Shown here: positions 26,578 to 35,927 of the stretch, one piece after another
Layout: the number at the start of each line of letters is the position of its first letter
Numbering within the stretch: position 1 is the first letter of the stretch
Source of the DNA: Gemmatimonadota bacterium
GTDB lineage: Bacteria; 4572-55; J002
Direction: 5' to 3'
Assembly: GCA_003697105.1 (NCBI GenBank)
Contig: RFFQ01000191.1
Span: 1 to 62,522, forward strand
DNA: 62,522 nucleotides
The notes under the pieces: model-generated
The model's database searches: none
What the model was told of the DNA's origin: nothing
Seen by the model: only the letters and a program-made list of their open reading frames with translations
Made by a program: the position numbers and the translations under genes

Positions 26578-28494
26578 ATGTTATCAAATAAAACCGTTAT
26601 GTTCATGCTTGTGATCCTCTCGGCAAGCCTGCTTGCCATGACATTATTGAATGGGTGTGGGGATGATCTGAATGATTCCATTACCACATTTACCGCGCGA
26701 TCTATCACAGTAGATCAGAGCAGTGCCACTTTAGTACCGGGCGATGAGTTTGAACTGCGTGCACATGCTTTTGATCAAAATGGCGACGAAATGATCTATG
26801 CCACATTCAATTGGGTTTCCAGTGACCCGAATGTAGTCACGGTAGTGGGCGAGACCGATGGTACACCGGTAGCCGGTAGTGGTGCCGTCTTGACCGCCGT
26901 TGCCGTGGGCAATGCCACGATCACCATCAGTGTAGACCCAGATTATCAGGGTGCCGCTCCGGTAACCGTTAATGTGAGTGTTGTACCCGGCATGGTAACA
27001 AATGTGGCGGTCGATACCGACCCAACCCTAGATTATGTGGATGTCAGTTGGGATGCTGTCCCCAGCACGGTCGATATTACCTATGATGTCTTCCGCTCAA
27101 CGGTTGAAGGTGAGACCGGTACAGCGGTTGCCACTGGTTTAACAGAAACCAGTTACCGGGATGTTGTACCGGAAACCGGTGTGGATTATTACTACTCGGT
27201 TCAGGCAACAGGTAATGGAGCAACCGGTGATATGTCGGATGCCGCCGCCGCCAGTGCGGTCGGTGCAATTCCCGCGGATTGGTTTGATTCCTTTTATGAA
27301 GAACATGAGGCGTGGGATAATGCCTATGGTCCCGATCCCTTATTGGGCGCAGCGCATGGCTCCAATGACCCCTATGTTCGTACGGTGTATGGCACCGGCA
27401 CTTATGATGATGGGTATCCCGTGGGTACCGTCATTGTGAAACGCTTGACGGACATCAATACCGGTGAAATGCCAGAAGTTGCCGGAGCGATTACCGCCAT
27501 GCGAAAGCGGAGTGATGGATACTATCCCGATAATGGCAACTGGGAATGGTTCATGCGCGCAGAAGATGGCTCCTACATGAGCGGTGGTAACTTAGGCGAT
27601 GGCATGTGTAACAACTGTCACGCCGGCGCCGGTGAAAGCTATGTTTTTGATCATTCATCGGGTGTTGAAGAATTCTTCGCCAGTAATCTGGATTTTGCCG
27701 GTTATGATAGCTGGACCAAAATCGATTATACCGTTTATCCCACGGCTTTTGCGGAATTGGGTGGTTTTGCGCACTCCCCTGACAGCAACCATGTGCGTGG
27801 CGTGTACACCAATGAGGTGGAAGGATTAGGTCAATTAGTCGTGAAAGAAGTCTTTTCGTGGGATGCAGACAACAACAAAGTTGTCAATGGCATCACCGCA
27901 ATGGCAAAACGAGGTGGCGACTTCAATGCGAGTAATAGCAACTGGGAATGGTTCTTCTTGGATGCTACTGACGGTACGATTATGCAACGAATGGGTGAAG
28001 AGGCTGGTTGTAACGGCTGTCATGCCGCCGCACCCAATGATTACATTTTTGACCACCCCGCAGAATATGTTGTCGATGACCCGATGGCGATGTTTGAAGA
28101 TGCGCATACCCATCTGCCGCTCTGGGCGAGCAATATCGGTACAGACCCCTTCTTGCAAGGCGCTCATGGGGATAGTACGGAATATCAACGCGATATTTAT
28201 AAATGGCAACCGGCGGCTCTTCCGGAAGATGGTGCTTATCCGATTGGAACGATCATTGTTAAGCGGTTAACCCATCCCGATACGGGTGATATGCCCGATA
28301 GTCCCGGTGCGATTACTGCCATGGTCAAACGAGGCGATGATTTTAATTCCGAGAATGGCAATTGGGAATGGTTCATGCGCGGTGCTGACGGTACGTATGT
28401 TCGTGGTGGCGCAGAAATGGGCTGTAATGGCTGCCACGCCAATGCTACCGGTGAAAATGGTACCGATTACGTTTTTACGCAGCCGGGTGAATAA
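26578..28494 (+). CDS. Lipoprotein: Ig-like (Big_2) + Fn3 + three cytochrome P460-family heme c domains
   Basis: Lipobox LLNG-C; FNWVSSDPNVVTV...GNATITIS; VSWDAV...YDVFRS...YYYSVQA; three units RxxY...G(T/Q)xxVK...ITAMxKR...NWEWF...CxxCH...YxF (CxxCH at 27607, 28009, 28423). Confidence 0.85.
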   Translation: MLSNKTVMFMLVILSASLLAMTLLNGCGDDLNDSITTFTARSITVDQSSATLVPGDEFELRAHAFDQNGDEMIYATFNWVSSDPNVVTVVGETDGTPVAGSGAVLTAVAVGNATITISVDPDYQGAAPVTVNVSVVPGMVTNVAVDTDPTLDYVDVSWDAVPSTVDITYDVFRSTVEGETGTAVATGLTETSYRDVVPETGVDYYYSVQATGNGATGDMSDAAAASAVGAIPADWFDSFYEEHEAWDNAYGPDPLLGAAHGSNDPYVRTVYGTGTYDDGYPVGTVIVKRLTDINTGEMPEVAGAITAMRKRSDGYYPDNGNWEWFMRAEDGSYMSGGNLGDGMCNNCHAGAGESYVFDHSSGVEEFFASNLDFAGYDSWTKIDYTVYPTAFAELGGFAHSPDSNHVRGVYTNEVEGLGQLVVKEVFSWDADNNKVVNGITAMAKRGGDFNASNSNWEWFFLDATDGTIMQRMGEEAGCNGCHAAAPNDYIFDHPAEYVVDDPMAMFEDAHTHLPLWASNIGTDPFLQGAHGDSTEYQRDIYKWQPAALPEDGAYPIGTIIVKRLTHPDTGDMPDSPGAITAMVKRGDDFNSENGNWEWFMRGADGTYVRGGAEMGCNGCHANATGENGTDYVFTQPGE

Positions 28495-28524
28495 ATCCGA
28501 TACCATCCTAACCGGATGAGTTAC

Positions 28525-28562
28525 AAAAAACCCCATCATCACAATATGATGATGGGGTTTTT
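28525..28562. terminator. Bidirectional rho-independent terminator
   Basis: aaaaaaccccatcatc-acaatat-gatgatggggttttt between convergent genes. Confidence 0.85.
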
Positions 28563-28581
28563 CGCTGCCGGTGGGGCAGGT

Positions 28582-30276
28582 TCATGATGAGGTCACTGAA
28601 CCCGGTGGATTCACCGGTAGTGTGAAAAAAAAGACCGACCCTTTACCAACTTCACTTTCAACCCAGATTTTGCCATGATGCGCCTCTATGGCAAGTTTGC
28701 AAAAGGTGAGCCCTAACCCAGAGGAATATTTTTCGCCTTGAGTGCGTTGGGTTTTTAATTGTCCGAATTTCTCGAAAATCGTACTAAAATATTCTTTGGG
28801 GATTCCCCGACCTTGATCCGCTACCGAGACACAAATCTCATTTTCTTCAAATAATTGCGCCCGGATGATTACCGTGGAGTTTTCTTCCGAAAATTTGATC
28901 GCATTGCCGATTAAATTAACCAGTGTGCGCATAATCTTTTCATGGTCCATCGGAATTGCCGGTAAATGGGGATTGACATGGACCTGAATCTCAATCTGGG
29001 CATTACGGGCAGTGCCAATCACTTGAGCGACGGCGGCATCGATGACATCACCGATGAAATTGGTCTCCACGTCTAATGTCATTTTGCCTTCTTCAAACTT
29101 GGTTACATCCAGCAAATCATTGATCATCTTGAGGAGCCATTGGCTGCTTTCCACAGCGCGATCAAGGCAATCTCGCGCATCATCCGAAATATCACCTGCC
29201 ATCCCCGAAAGGACAATGTCCAGATAGCCGAGAACCGATGTTAGCGGGGTGCGGAGATCATGGACGACCATATTGACCAAATCGTCTTTCATTTTATCCA
29301 GCCGTTTTAACTGTTGATTTTTGCTCTTTAGGCTGGTAAATAGGGTGGCATTATCAATAGCGATTGCACTTTGGTTGGCAATCACCTGACAGAATTCAAT
29401 ATCATCTTTTTCAAACGGGGTACCGGTGCGCCGCCCTTTGAGCGTGATGACACCAATATTCTGTTGGCGCACTCTTAGCGGCAATACGAGGGTGGTTTCG
29501 TTGGAATCCACTTCTTCTTCATACCGTTCGCCATCCGCCACAATATTGATTTTATTGGTCTTATGAATGACCACCGGTTTGTGAGTTTTTAGTGCCTCCA
29601 CAAGCTCCGGATATTGGTCCAACGAGATAATAGACCCCAAATAACGCGGGTTTCGTTTTTGCTTATTGTAAGCCGCACGGATATGACCACGAGTTTGACT
29701 CCGATCCACTGAAATCAATGTGGCTTGTTCCACCCGCATCAATTCCACTAATTTGGAGATGGTGATCTGGAGTACCTGATTTAAATCCAATGTGGAACTA
29801 ATGGTTGTTGAAATTTCATTGATGGTCTCTAATTTTTCAATTTTGCGGTCAGAATATGTTTTTGCCGCCACAAGTGTGCGTTTTTCTTCATCTAACCGGC
29901 GGTGGACTTCCCGGCTCCGTATCAGATTTTCCACCCGTGCAACCAATTCCTTTGTATCTATCGGTTTTGTCAGATAATCATCTGCGCCGGTTGAGAGTCC
30001 GGCAATTTTATCCTGTACGCTTGTTTTTTTCGCTGTCAGTATCGCCACGGGGATGTGTTGCGTTTCGGGGTTTTCTTTCAGCTTTTTTGTGGCTTCAATC
30101 CCATCCATGCGCGGCATCATTACATCCATCAAAATGACATCCACGTCGGGTGTGACACGCTCCAAGGCTTCGATTCCATCGGTCGCCGTCAAAACCGTGT
30201 GCCCCCCTTGTTCCAGCAAATAGGTCAATAGACTAATGTTTGTTGGTGTGTCATCTACAACAAGTATTTTTGCCAT
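28582..30276 (-). CDS. Hybrid sensor kinase REC-GAF-HisKA-HATPase
   Basis: ILVVDD...ILMDVMMP...DDYLTKP; GAF ending ANQSAIAIDNA; VVHDLRTPL; NLIGNAIKF; DQGRGI; GLGLTFCK. Confidence 0.93.
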   Translation of the reverse strand: MAKILVVDDTPTNISLLTYLLEQGGHTVLTATDGIEALERVTPDVDVILMDVMMPRMDGIEATKKLKENPETQHIPVAILTAKKTSVQDKIAGLSTGADDYLTKPIDTKELVARVENLIRSREVHRRLDEEKRTLVAAKTYSDRKIEKLETINEISTTISSTLDLNQVLQITISKLVELMRVEQATLISVDRSQTRGHIRAAYNKQKRNPRYLGSIISLDQYPELVEALKTHKPVVIHKTNKINIVADGERYEEEVDSNETTLVLPLRVRQQNIGVITLKGRRTGTPFEKDDIEFCQVIANQSAIAIDNATLFTSLKSKNQQLKRLDKMKDDLVNMVVHDLRTPLTSVLGYLDIVLSGMAGDISDDARDCLDRAVESSQWLLKMINDLLDVTKFEEGKMTLDVETNFIGDVIDAAVAQVIGTARNAQIEIQVHVNPHLPAIPMDHEKIMRTLVNLIGNAIKFSEENSTVIIRAQLFEENEICVSVADQGRGIPKEYFSTIFEKFGQLKTQRTQGEKYSSGLGLTFCKLAIEAHHGKIWVESEVGKGSVFFFTLPVNPPGSVTSS

Positions 30277-30325
30277 ATTACTTCTTTATTATGAATCGGT
30301 TAGAGAGATAATTGCGTGTGAGATT

Positions 30326-30354
30326 ATCTTAACCGAAAACACCGGTAATGTCAA
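30326..30354 (-). promoter_or_regulatory. sigma70-type promoter for the kinase gene
   Basis: TTGACA-17 nt-TAAGAT on the minus strand. Confidence 0.7.
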
Positions 30355-30531
30355 CAGGATTTATGACATCTCATATTCATATTATAAATAGGTTAATAAA
30401 ATGTGGCTCTTCCATGATTTTGGTGGGGGTTGCTCTTGCCCCGTGTTTAATGTAAGGCTCAAAAAAAATTTAACTCTCTGATATACCAACAACTAGGGGT
30501 TATTACTTCACCTGATACTAAAATTTTGAAA

Positions 30532-30560
30532 TTGACGTACTATATATGGTATGTTATAAT
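30532..30560 (+). promoter_or_regulatory. sigma70 promoter of nrdR-nrdJ
   Basis: TTGACG-17 nt-TATAAT with TG extension. Confidence 0.8.
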
Positions 30561-30584
30561 CGATCCCACTACAATATCATGTTA
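30537..30584 (+). promoter_or_regulatory. Tandem NrdR boxes
   Basis: gtaCtAtATaTgGtat (30537-30552) and ctaCaAtATcatGtta (30569-30584), 32 bp apart, matching acaCwAtATaTwGtgt. Confidence 0.75.
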
Positions 30585-30603
30585 ATGATGGAGGAGCTAT
30601 CGT

Positions 30604-31089
30604 ATGAAATGTCCCTTCTGCGGCGGTACTGAAAATCGGGTTGTGGACTCCCGATCTAGCAAAGATGACATGGCCGTTCGTCGCCGGCGTGAATGCACCC
30701 ATTGTAGCCAACGCTTTACCACATACGAATATATTGAGGATACCCCTCTCAAGTTGATCAAGCGGGATGGACGCCGCGAACCCTTTGATCGACAAAAGTT
30801 GTTGCGGGCAATTTCCATCGCCTGTGGTAAACGACCGGTGGCAACCGCGGACATTGAACGGTTGGTAGAGTCGATTGAAAATGACCTGAAGCAACTTGAC
30901 CGGGGAGAAATCCCCTCAACCCACGTAGGCGAAGCCGTGATGAACCGCTTAAAAGAGTTAGATGAAGTCGCGTATATCCGGTTTGCGTCTGTTTACCGCT
31001 CGTTTCGGGATACCAAGGAATTCTTCAATGAATTAGAAAAGCTACTTTCCCAGCAAAAAACACGACATGCTCCGGAATTTCAAGAATAA
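30604..31089 (+). CDS. nrdR: Transcriptional repressor NrdR
   Basis: MKCPFCG...VVDSR...VRRRRECTHCSQRFTTYE; ATP-cone; DEVAYIRFASVY. Confidence 0.97.
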   Translation: MKCPFCGGTENRVVDSRSSKDDMAVRRRRECTHCSQRFTTYEYIEDTPLKLIKRDGRREPFDRQKLLRAISIACGKRPVATADIERLVESIENDLKQLDRGEIPSTHVGEAVMNRLKELDEVAYIRFASVYRSFRDTKEFFNELEKLLSQQKTRHAPEFQE

Positions 31090-31142
31090 GTTAATTTACC
31101 ATGTTAACCCGGTCACTTTTCACGTTTAGGAGGTTCATTGGA

Positions 31143-33644
31143 ATGACAGTGCCCATGGATACCTGTAACACCGCAAATGTGCGAAATGTACTCAATGAAG
31201 TGGGGGAAAAAATTTTTTTAGACCGCTACGCCTTGAAAGATGTTGCGAAGCGCACCCTTCAAGTGGATGATACCGTCATTGTTTGTACGGATTTGAAAAC
31301 CCGGCAACGGGAAATCGGAGTAGCTCGCGGCTTGAATAACGGTCATGTGGAAGTTGAACTCCGAGATGGCTCCCGAGTAACCGTTCAACGGGAGCATGTG
31401 GATAAACCGCTGGAACTCAACCCCGCCGAGATGATCCAACGCGTTGCCCGCGGAATTGCCGCCATCGAAAAAACGGCAGATCAGCGGGAGGAGTGGCAGC
31501 AAAAGTTTGAATGGTTAATGACGGATTGGAAATTTGTGCCCGGTGGACGCATTTTAGCGGCGGCGGGCAGTGACCAACAGCTTACGTTCTATAATTGTTA
31601 CGTGATTCCTAGCCCGAAGGACTCCCGGCATGGCATTATTGAAACCCTAGAACACATGGCGGAAATTATGAGCCGGGGAGGTGGTGTGGGGATTAACGTC
31701 TCCAGCCTGCGCCCGCGCCATGCGTATGTAAAAGGTGTTAACGGGCGTTCCAGTGGCGCCGTCAGTTGGGGGGGCTTGTATAGCTTTGTGACCGGTTTGA
31801 TCGAGCAAGGCGGCTCGCGGCGCGGTGCCTTGATGCTCATCTGCAATGTTTGGCACCCCGATGTGATCGAATTCATTCATAGTAAAAAGAAGATGGGCCA
31901 GATTACAAACGCCAATATCTCCGTCGGCATTACGGATGATTTTATGGAAGCCGTTAAACAAGATGCCGATTGGGATTTGATCTTCCCCGACACCAGTGAC
32001 CCCGATTATGATGACCAGTGGGATGGTAATCTGGAGGCGTGGCGGTGTGCCGGAAAACCCGTTATTACCTACAAAACCGTAAAAGCCCGGGAATTGTGGC
32101 ACCAAATTATTGAAAGTGCTTGGGCAAGTGCTGAACCGGGTGTCTTCTTTGTTGAACGCTATAATAAAATGAGTAATTCATGGTATTTTGCGCCGATCCT
32201 TTGTACCAACCCGTGTGGCGAGCAGGGATTGCCCGCCTGGGGGGTCTGCAATTTAGGTGCGATTAACTTGGCAAAAATGGTCAAAAATGGTCAGGTGGAT
32301 TGGGATACCTTGGGCAAGTGTGTCCACTACGCGGTTCATTTTTTAGATAATGTCATTGATGCGACACCCTATTTCTTTGAGCAAAACAAAAATCAACAAC
32401 TGGGTGAGCGTCGAATCGGTATGGGGACGATGGGTCTCGGCGAGATGCTGATCCGGTTAGGAATTCGCTACGGGAGCGATGAGTCCGTGCAATTTTTGGA
32501 TACGTTGTACGAGTTCATCGCGTCTGAAGCATATCTGACCTCGGTCGAGTTGGCAAAGGAAAAAGGTGCTTTTCCAAAATTTGAGGCAGAAAAGTTCCTG
32601 CAATCCGGTTACATGCAACACATGTCAGAACGGGTGCGCCAAGCGGTTCGGGAACACGGCATTCGCAATGTTACGCTGTTAACCCAAGCGCCCAATGGCA
32701 CCACCGGTACAATGGTCAACACCAGTACCGGCATTGAACCCTACTATTACTGGACTTACTACCGGAAGAGTCGCTTAGGCTTGCATGAAGAAACGGTGAG
32801 TGTCCTGAAAGAATGGCAGGAGGAACATCCGGGGGAAAACCTGCCCGATTATTTTGTTACCGCAATGGATTTGACCCCAGAAGACCATGTGAAGGTGCAA
32901 GCCGCGATTCAGCGCTGGGTTGACTCCTCCATCTCCAAAACCTGCAACGTACCGAATTCCTACACCGTCGAGCAGACGGGAAAATTGTACGAACTGATGT
33001 ACAACCTTGGTTGTAAAGGGGGCACCATCTACCGCGATGGCTCGCGGGATGAGCAAGTACTAAATCTCAAAGAAGATGACAAAAAGAAGGTGAGTGACGT
33101 GCCGGAGGATGCGACTTCATCGGAACCCCGCCGTAAATTACGACCGGCTCCCCGCATGCGGCGTGGCGTAACCATGAGCAAACATACCCCCGCCGGTACG
33201 GCACATATCACAATGAATGATGATGATCAGGGTGAACCTTTTGAAGTGTTTGTCGAAATTGGCAAAGGCGGGAGCGACCTCAAAGCGATGTCCGAAGCGC
33301 TCGGGCGGATGATTTCGCTTGCTCTCCGCATTGAATCCGGATTGACGCCGATTGAACGTGTGGAAGAGGTTGTCAACCAATTGAAGGGTATTGGGGGCGC
33401 CAGTTCAGTCGGGTTTGGTAAAAATCGGGTTCTCTCTCTACCGGATGCCGTGGCGAAAGCACTCGAAACTCGCTACCACCTCACGGATGGCGACCATGAC
33501 GCGGAAGAAACGGCAGTACAAACCTATCTGCCGCTCAATGGCAAAAAGCCTCCAGCGGATATTTGCCCCTCTTGCGGTCAAACCTCATTGATCCGGGAGG
33601 AAGGTTGTTGCCACTGTCATTCGTGCGGCTATTCTCAGTGTTAA
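31143..33644 (+). CDS. nrdJ: Class II (adenosylcobalamin-dependent) ribonucleotide reductase
   Basis: AGGAGG SD then ATG 31143; FVPGGRIL; FYNCYV; QGGSRRGALM; TNPCGEQ; CNLGAIN; ISKTCN; KGGTIYRDGSR; C-terminal TSCPD-like domain and CPSCG...EGC..CHSCGYSQC. Confidence 0.93.
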   Translation: MTVPMDTCNTANVRNVLNEVGEKIFLDRYALKDVAKRTLQVDDTVIVCTDLKTRQREIGVARGLNNGHVEVELRDGSRVTVQREHVDKPLELNPAEMIQRVARGIAAIEKTADQREEWQQKFEWLMTDWKFVPGGRILAAAGSDQQLTFYNCYVIPSPKDSRHGIIETLEHMAEIMSRGGGVGINVSSLRPRHAYVKGVNGRSSGAVSWGGLYSFVTGLIEQGGSRRGALMLICNVWHPDVIEFIHSKKKMGQITNANISVGITDDFMEAVKQDADWDLIFPDTSDPDYDDQWDGNLEAWRCAGKPVITYKTVKARELWHQIIESAWASAEPGVFFVERYNKMSNSWYFAPILCTNPCGEQGLPAWGVCNLGAINLAKMVKNGQVDWDTLGKCVHYAVHFLDNVIDATPYFFEQNKNQQLGERRIGMGTMGLGEMLIRLGIRYGSDESVQFLDTLYEFIASEAYLTSVELAKEKGAFPKFEAEKFLQSGYMQHMSERVRQAVREHGIRNVTLLTQAPNGTTGTMVNTSTGIEPYYYWTYYRKSRLGLHEETVSVLKEWQEEHPGENLPDYFVTAMDLTPEDHVKVQAAIQRWVDSSISKTCNVPNSYTVEQTGKLYELMYNLGCKGGTIYRDGSRDEQVLNLKEDDKKKVSDVPEDATSSEPRRKLRPAPRMRRGVTMSKHTPAGTAHITMNDDDQGEPFEVFVEIGKGGSDLKAMSEALGRMISLALRIESGLTPIERVEEVVNQLKGIGGASSVGFGKNRVLSLPDAVAKALETRYHLTDGDHDAEETAVQTYLPLNGKKPPADICPSCGQTSLIREEGCCHCHSCGYSQC

Positions 33645-33667
33645 ATCGATTCACGATATGGAAAACA

Positions 33668-33705
33668 CAAAAGCGAGAGGTTCTTTTCTGCCTCTCGCTT
33701 TTTTT
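33668..33705. terminator. Bidirectional terminator
   Basis: aaaagcgagagg-ttcttttctg-cctctcgctttttt. Confidence 0.8.
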
Positions 33706-33738
33706 GTGGAATCATGACGGGTTAATGGGATGTACAGG

Positions 33739-35832
33739 TTACGGGTCTTGCCACATCCCGTGCGCTTTAATCAGATCGATCAACGCCTGATCGGCTTGTT
33801 CGGTGGGGATATTGGTTTTGACCTTTTCTTTACCCACATAAAGGTCAATCTTGCCCACGCCCGATCCCACATAGCCAAAATCCGCGTCCGCCATCTCACC
33901 GGGACCGTTCACAATACAGCCCATAATGGCAATCTTGACTCCCTTAAGATGGCTGGTCTGGCTTTTGATTCGGGCAGTGGTCTCTTGCAAGTCAAAAAGC
34001 GTGCGCCCGCAAGAGGGGCAGGAGATAAATTCCGTCTTGCTGATGCGCACCCGTGCTGCTTGTAAAATTGTAAACGCTACCTGAGTGTAGGTTTTTGCGC
34101 TCCACGTGTCACATTCCATCATAATCGCATCGCCAATACCGTCACACAGCAGTGACCCGAACTCGGTTGCCGCCTGACTGACCGGCTCTAAATTCGTATT
34201 GCGATGCCGGAAACAGAGAACGAGCGGTGCATCTAGGGGCAACTGTGCCAGTGCCCGGTAATTCCCCACTTGATAATCAAACGGCTGGGTGCCATCTTCG
34301 GGATAAATGGAGACCACATGCGGCAGACCATATTCCCGGCAAAACGCATGGAGTACCTGAATTTGATCCAACAATAGGCGAAGATCACGACCTTCTACAA
34401 AGGGAAATGCCAGATGGAGTGCCGTATGGTAATCTTCAAAATCCGCTTGCATCCCCAACAGTGCCGCTTCAATTGCCTCCGTATCGTACACCACATGATA
34501 CAGTTCCGCCACTTCTGGGATGATGTGCGTCCAATCATCAAAATGGGTGGTTTTGGCAGATAGGGGTAGGTCAATACCCTCCTCATGCAACCAATCGACC
34601 AATTTTGGCAACTGATCTACATTCTCGCGTGTCACGTCTAACCGGAGTATATCGGCGTGGGGGGCGCCCTCTGTTCCGCTGGATTGCCCGATCACGTTAA
34701 GACCGGTCACTCCGGTAATTTCTCGAATTTGCCGTTTTGCCGCCTTGAGATCATCCAGTGAAATGAGCGGGGAATAGACCCGTACCAACTGCTCCCCACC
34801 GAGCGTAAATTTGCCGGTAGAGACCCCAACGGTTGGGCGGCGTTCATACTGGTAAGGGTTGAATTGCCATGTGCCGGGGGTTTGCTGGACTTCGATTGGC
34901 GGGGGAGCGGTCTGTCTGTTGGTTTGTGCCATCAACTGGTTGTACTTGGCAGCAATCTCCCGCGCCGGTTGGATTTCAAATTCGGGTTCTTCCGTCAGGC
35001 TGACACGGATGGTATCGCCGATCCCATCTTCCAGCAAAGAACCGATCCCCACTGCCGATTTGATGCGCCCATCCATGCCATCACCGGCTTCCGTTACGCC
35101 CAGATGAAACGGATAATCCATGTTTTCTGCCCGCATTCGGGCGGCAAGGAGCCGGTATGCTTGAATCATTACTTGCGGATTGCTGGACTTCATGGATAAA
35201 ATCAGATCGTGGTAATCATTTTTGATGCAAATTCGCACAAATTCTAGGGCAGATTCCACCATGCCGAGTGGCGTATCACCATACCGGTTCATGATCCGGT
35301 CTGAGAGTGAGCCATGATTGGTGCCGATACGCATGGCTCGTCCCAATCGCTTGCATTTTTCCACCAAGGGGGTAAATTTATCTTCGATGCGGGCGAGTTC
35401 GGCGTCATATTCCGCATCCGTATATTCCCGCACGGCAAACTTCTTTTTATCGGCGTAATTACCGGGGTTGATGCGGACTTTTTCCACAAAATCGGCAGCA
35501 ATCATCGCCGCTTTCGGGGTAAAATGGATGTCCGCCACCAAAGGGACGTTACAACCGCGCCGGATGAGTTCATTTTTGATAGACTCCAGATTTTGAGCGT
35601 CTTTGTTGCTGGGCGCGGTGATGCGCACAATCTGGCAACCGGCTTCCACCAGCCGTAAGGTTTGTTCGACCGTGCCCTTCGTATCCATCGTGTTGGTGGT
35701 GGTCATGGATTGGATTACAATCGGGTGATCGCCGCCAACGGGCACATCCCCGACCCTCACCACACGGGTTTTGCGCCGGATTGGACGGTACCGGTTTAAA
35801 GTATAATCTTCTGGATAAAGCGTTGGGTTCAT
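33739..35832 (-). CDS. ispG: (E)-4-hydroxy-3-methylbut-2-enyl-diphosphate synthase, long three-domain form
   Basis: IQSMTTT; PLVADIHF; RINPGN; RIGTNHGSLS; HLGVTEAG; GIGDTIRVSLTE; insertion domain; ISCPSCGRTL; MGCIVNGPGE. Confidence 0.96.
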   Translation of the reverse strand: MNPTLYPEDYTLNRYRPIRRKTRVVRVGDVPVGGDHPIVIQSMTTTNTMDTKGTVEQTLRLVEAGCQIVRITAPSNKDAQNLESIKNELIRRGCNVPLVADIHFTPKAAMIAADFVEKVRINPGNYADKKKFAVREYTDAEYDAELARIEDKFTPLVEKCKRLGRAMRIGTNHGSLSDRIMNRYGDTPLGMVESALEFVRICIKNDYHDLILSMKSSNPQVMIQAYRLLAARMRAENMDYPFHLGVTEAGDGMDGRIKSAVGIGSLLEDGIGDTIRVSLTEEPEFEIQPAREIAAKYNQLMAQTNRQTAPPPIEVQQTPGTWQFNPYQYERRPTVGVSTGKFTLGGEQLVRVYSPLISLDDLKAAKRQIREITGVTGLNVIGQSSGTEGAPHADILRLDVTRENVDQLPKLVDWLHEEGIDLPLSAKTTHFDDWTHIIPEVAELYHVVYDTEAIEAALLGMQADFEDYHTALHLAFPFVEGRDLRLLLDQIQVLHAFCREYGLPHVVSIYPEDGTQPFDYQVGNYRALAQLPLDAPLVLCFRHRNTNLEPVSQAATEFGSLLCDGIGDAIMMECDTWSAKTYTQVAFTILQAARVRISKTEFISCPSCGRTLFDLQETTARIKSQTSHLKGVKIAIMGCIVNGPGEMADADFGYVGSGVGKIDLYVGKEKVKTNIPTEQADQALIDLIKAHGMWQDP

Positions 35833-35927
35833 GGTGTTGTTATCCTGATCTGAAAGCGGTAAAAGAGGGATGCCATTTAATTAAGCAAATCTTTCATGGA
35901 ACGGTGCTAGCGTGATGGTGGTGCGCA

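Noticed and set aside
34140-34900. IspG central insertion as a novelty or intein
   Set aside because: Known three-domain IspG type (Bacteroidota, Chlamydiae, plants); no intein motifs
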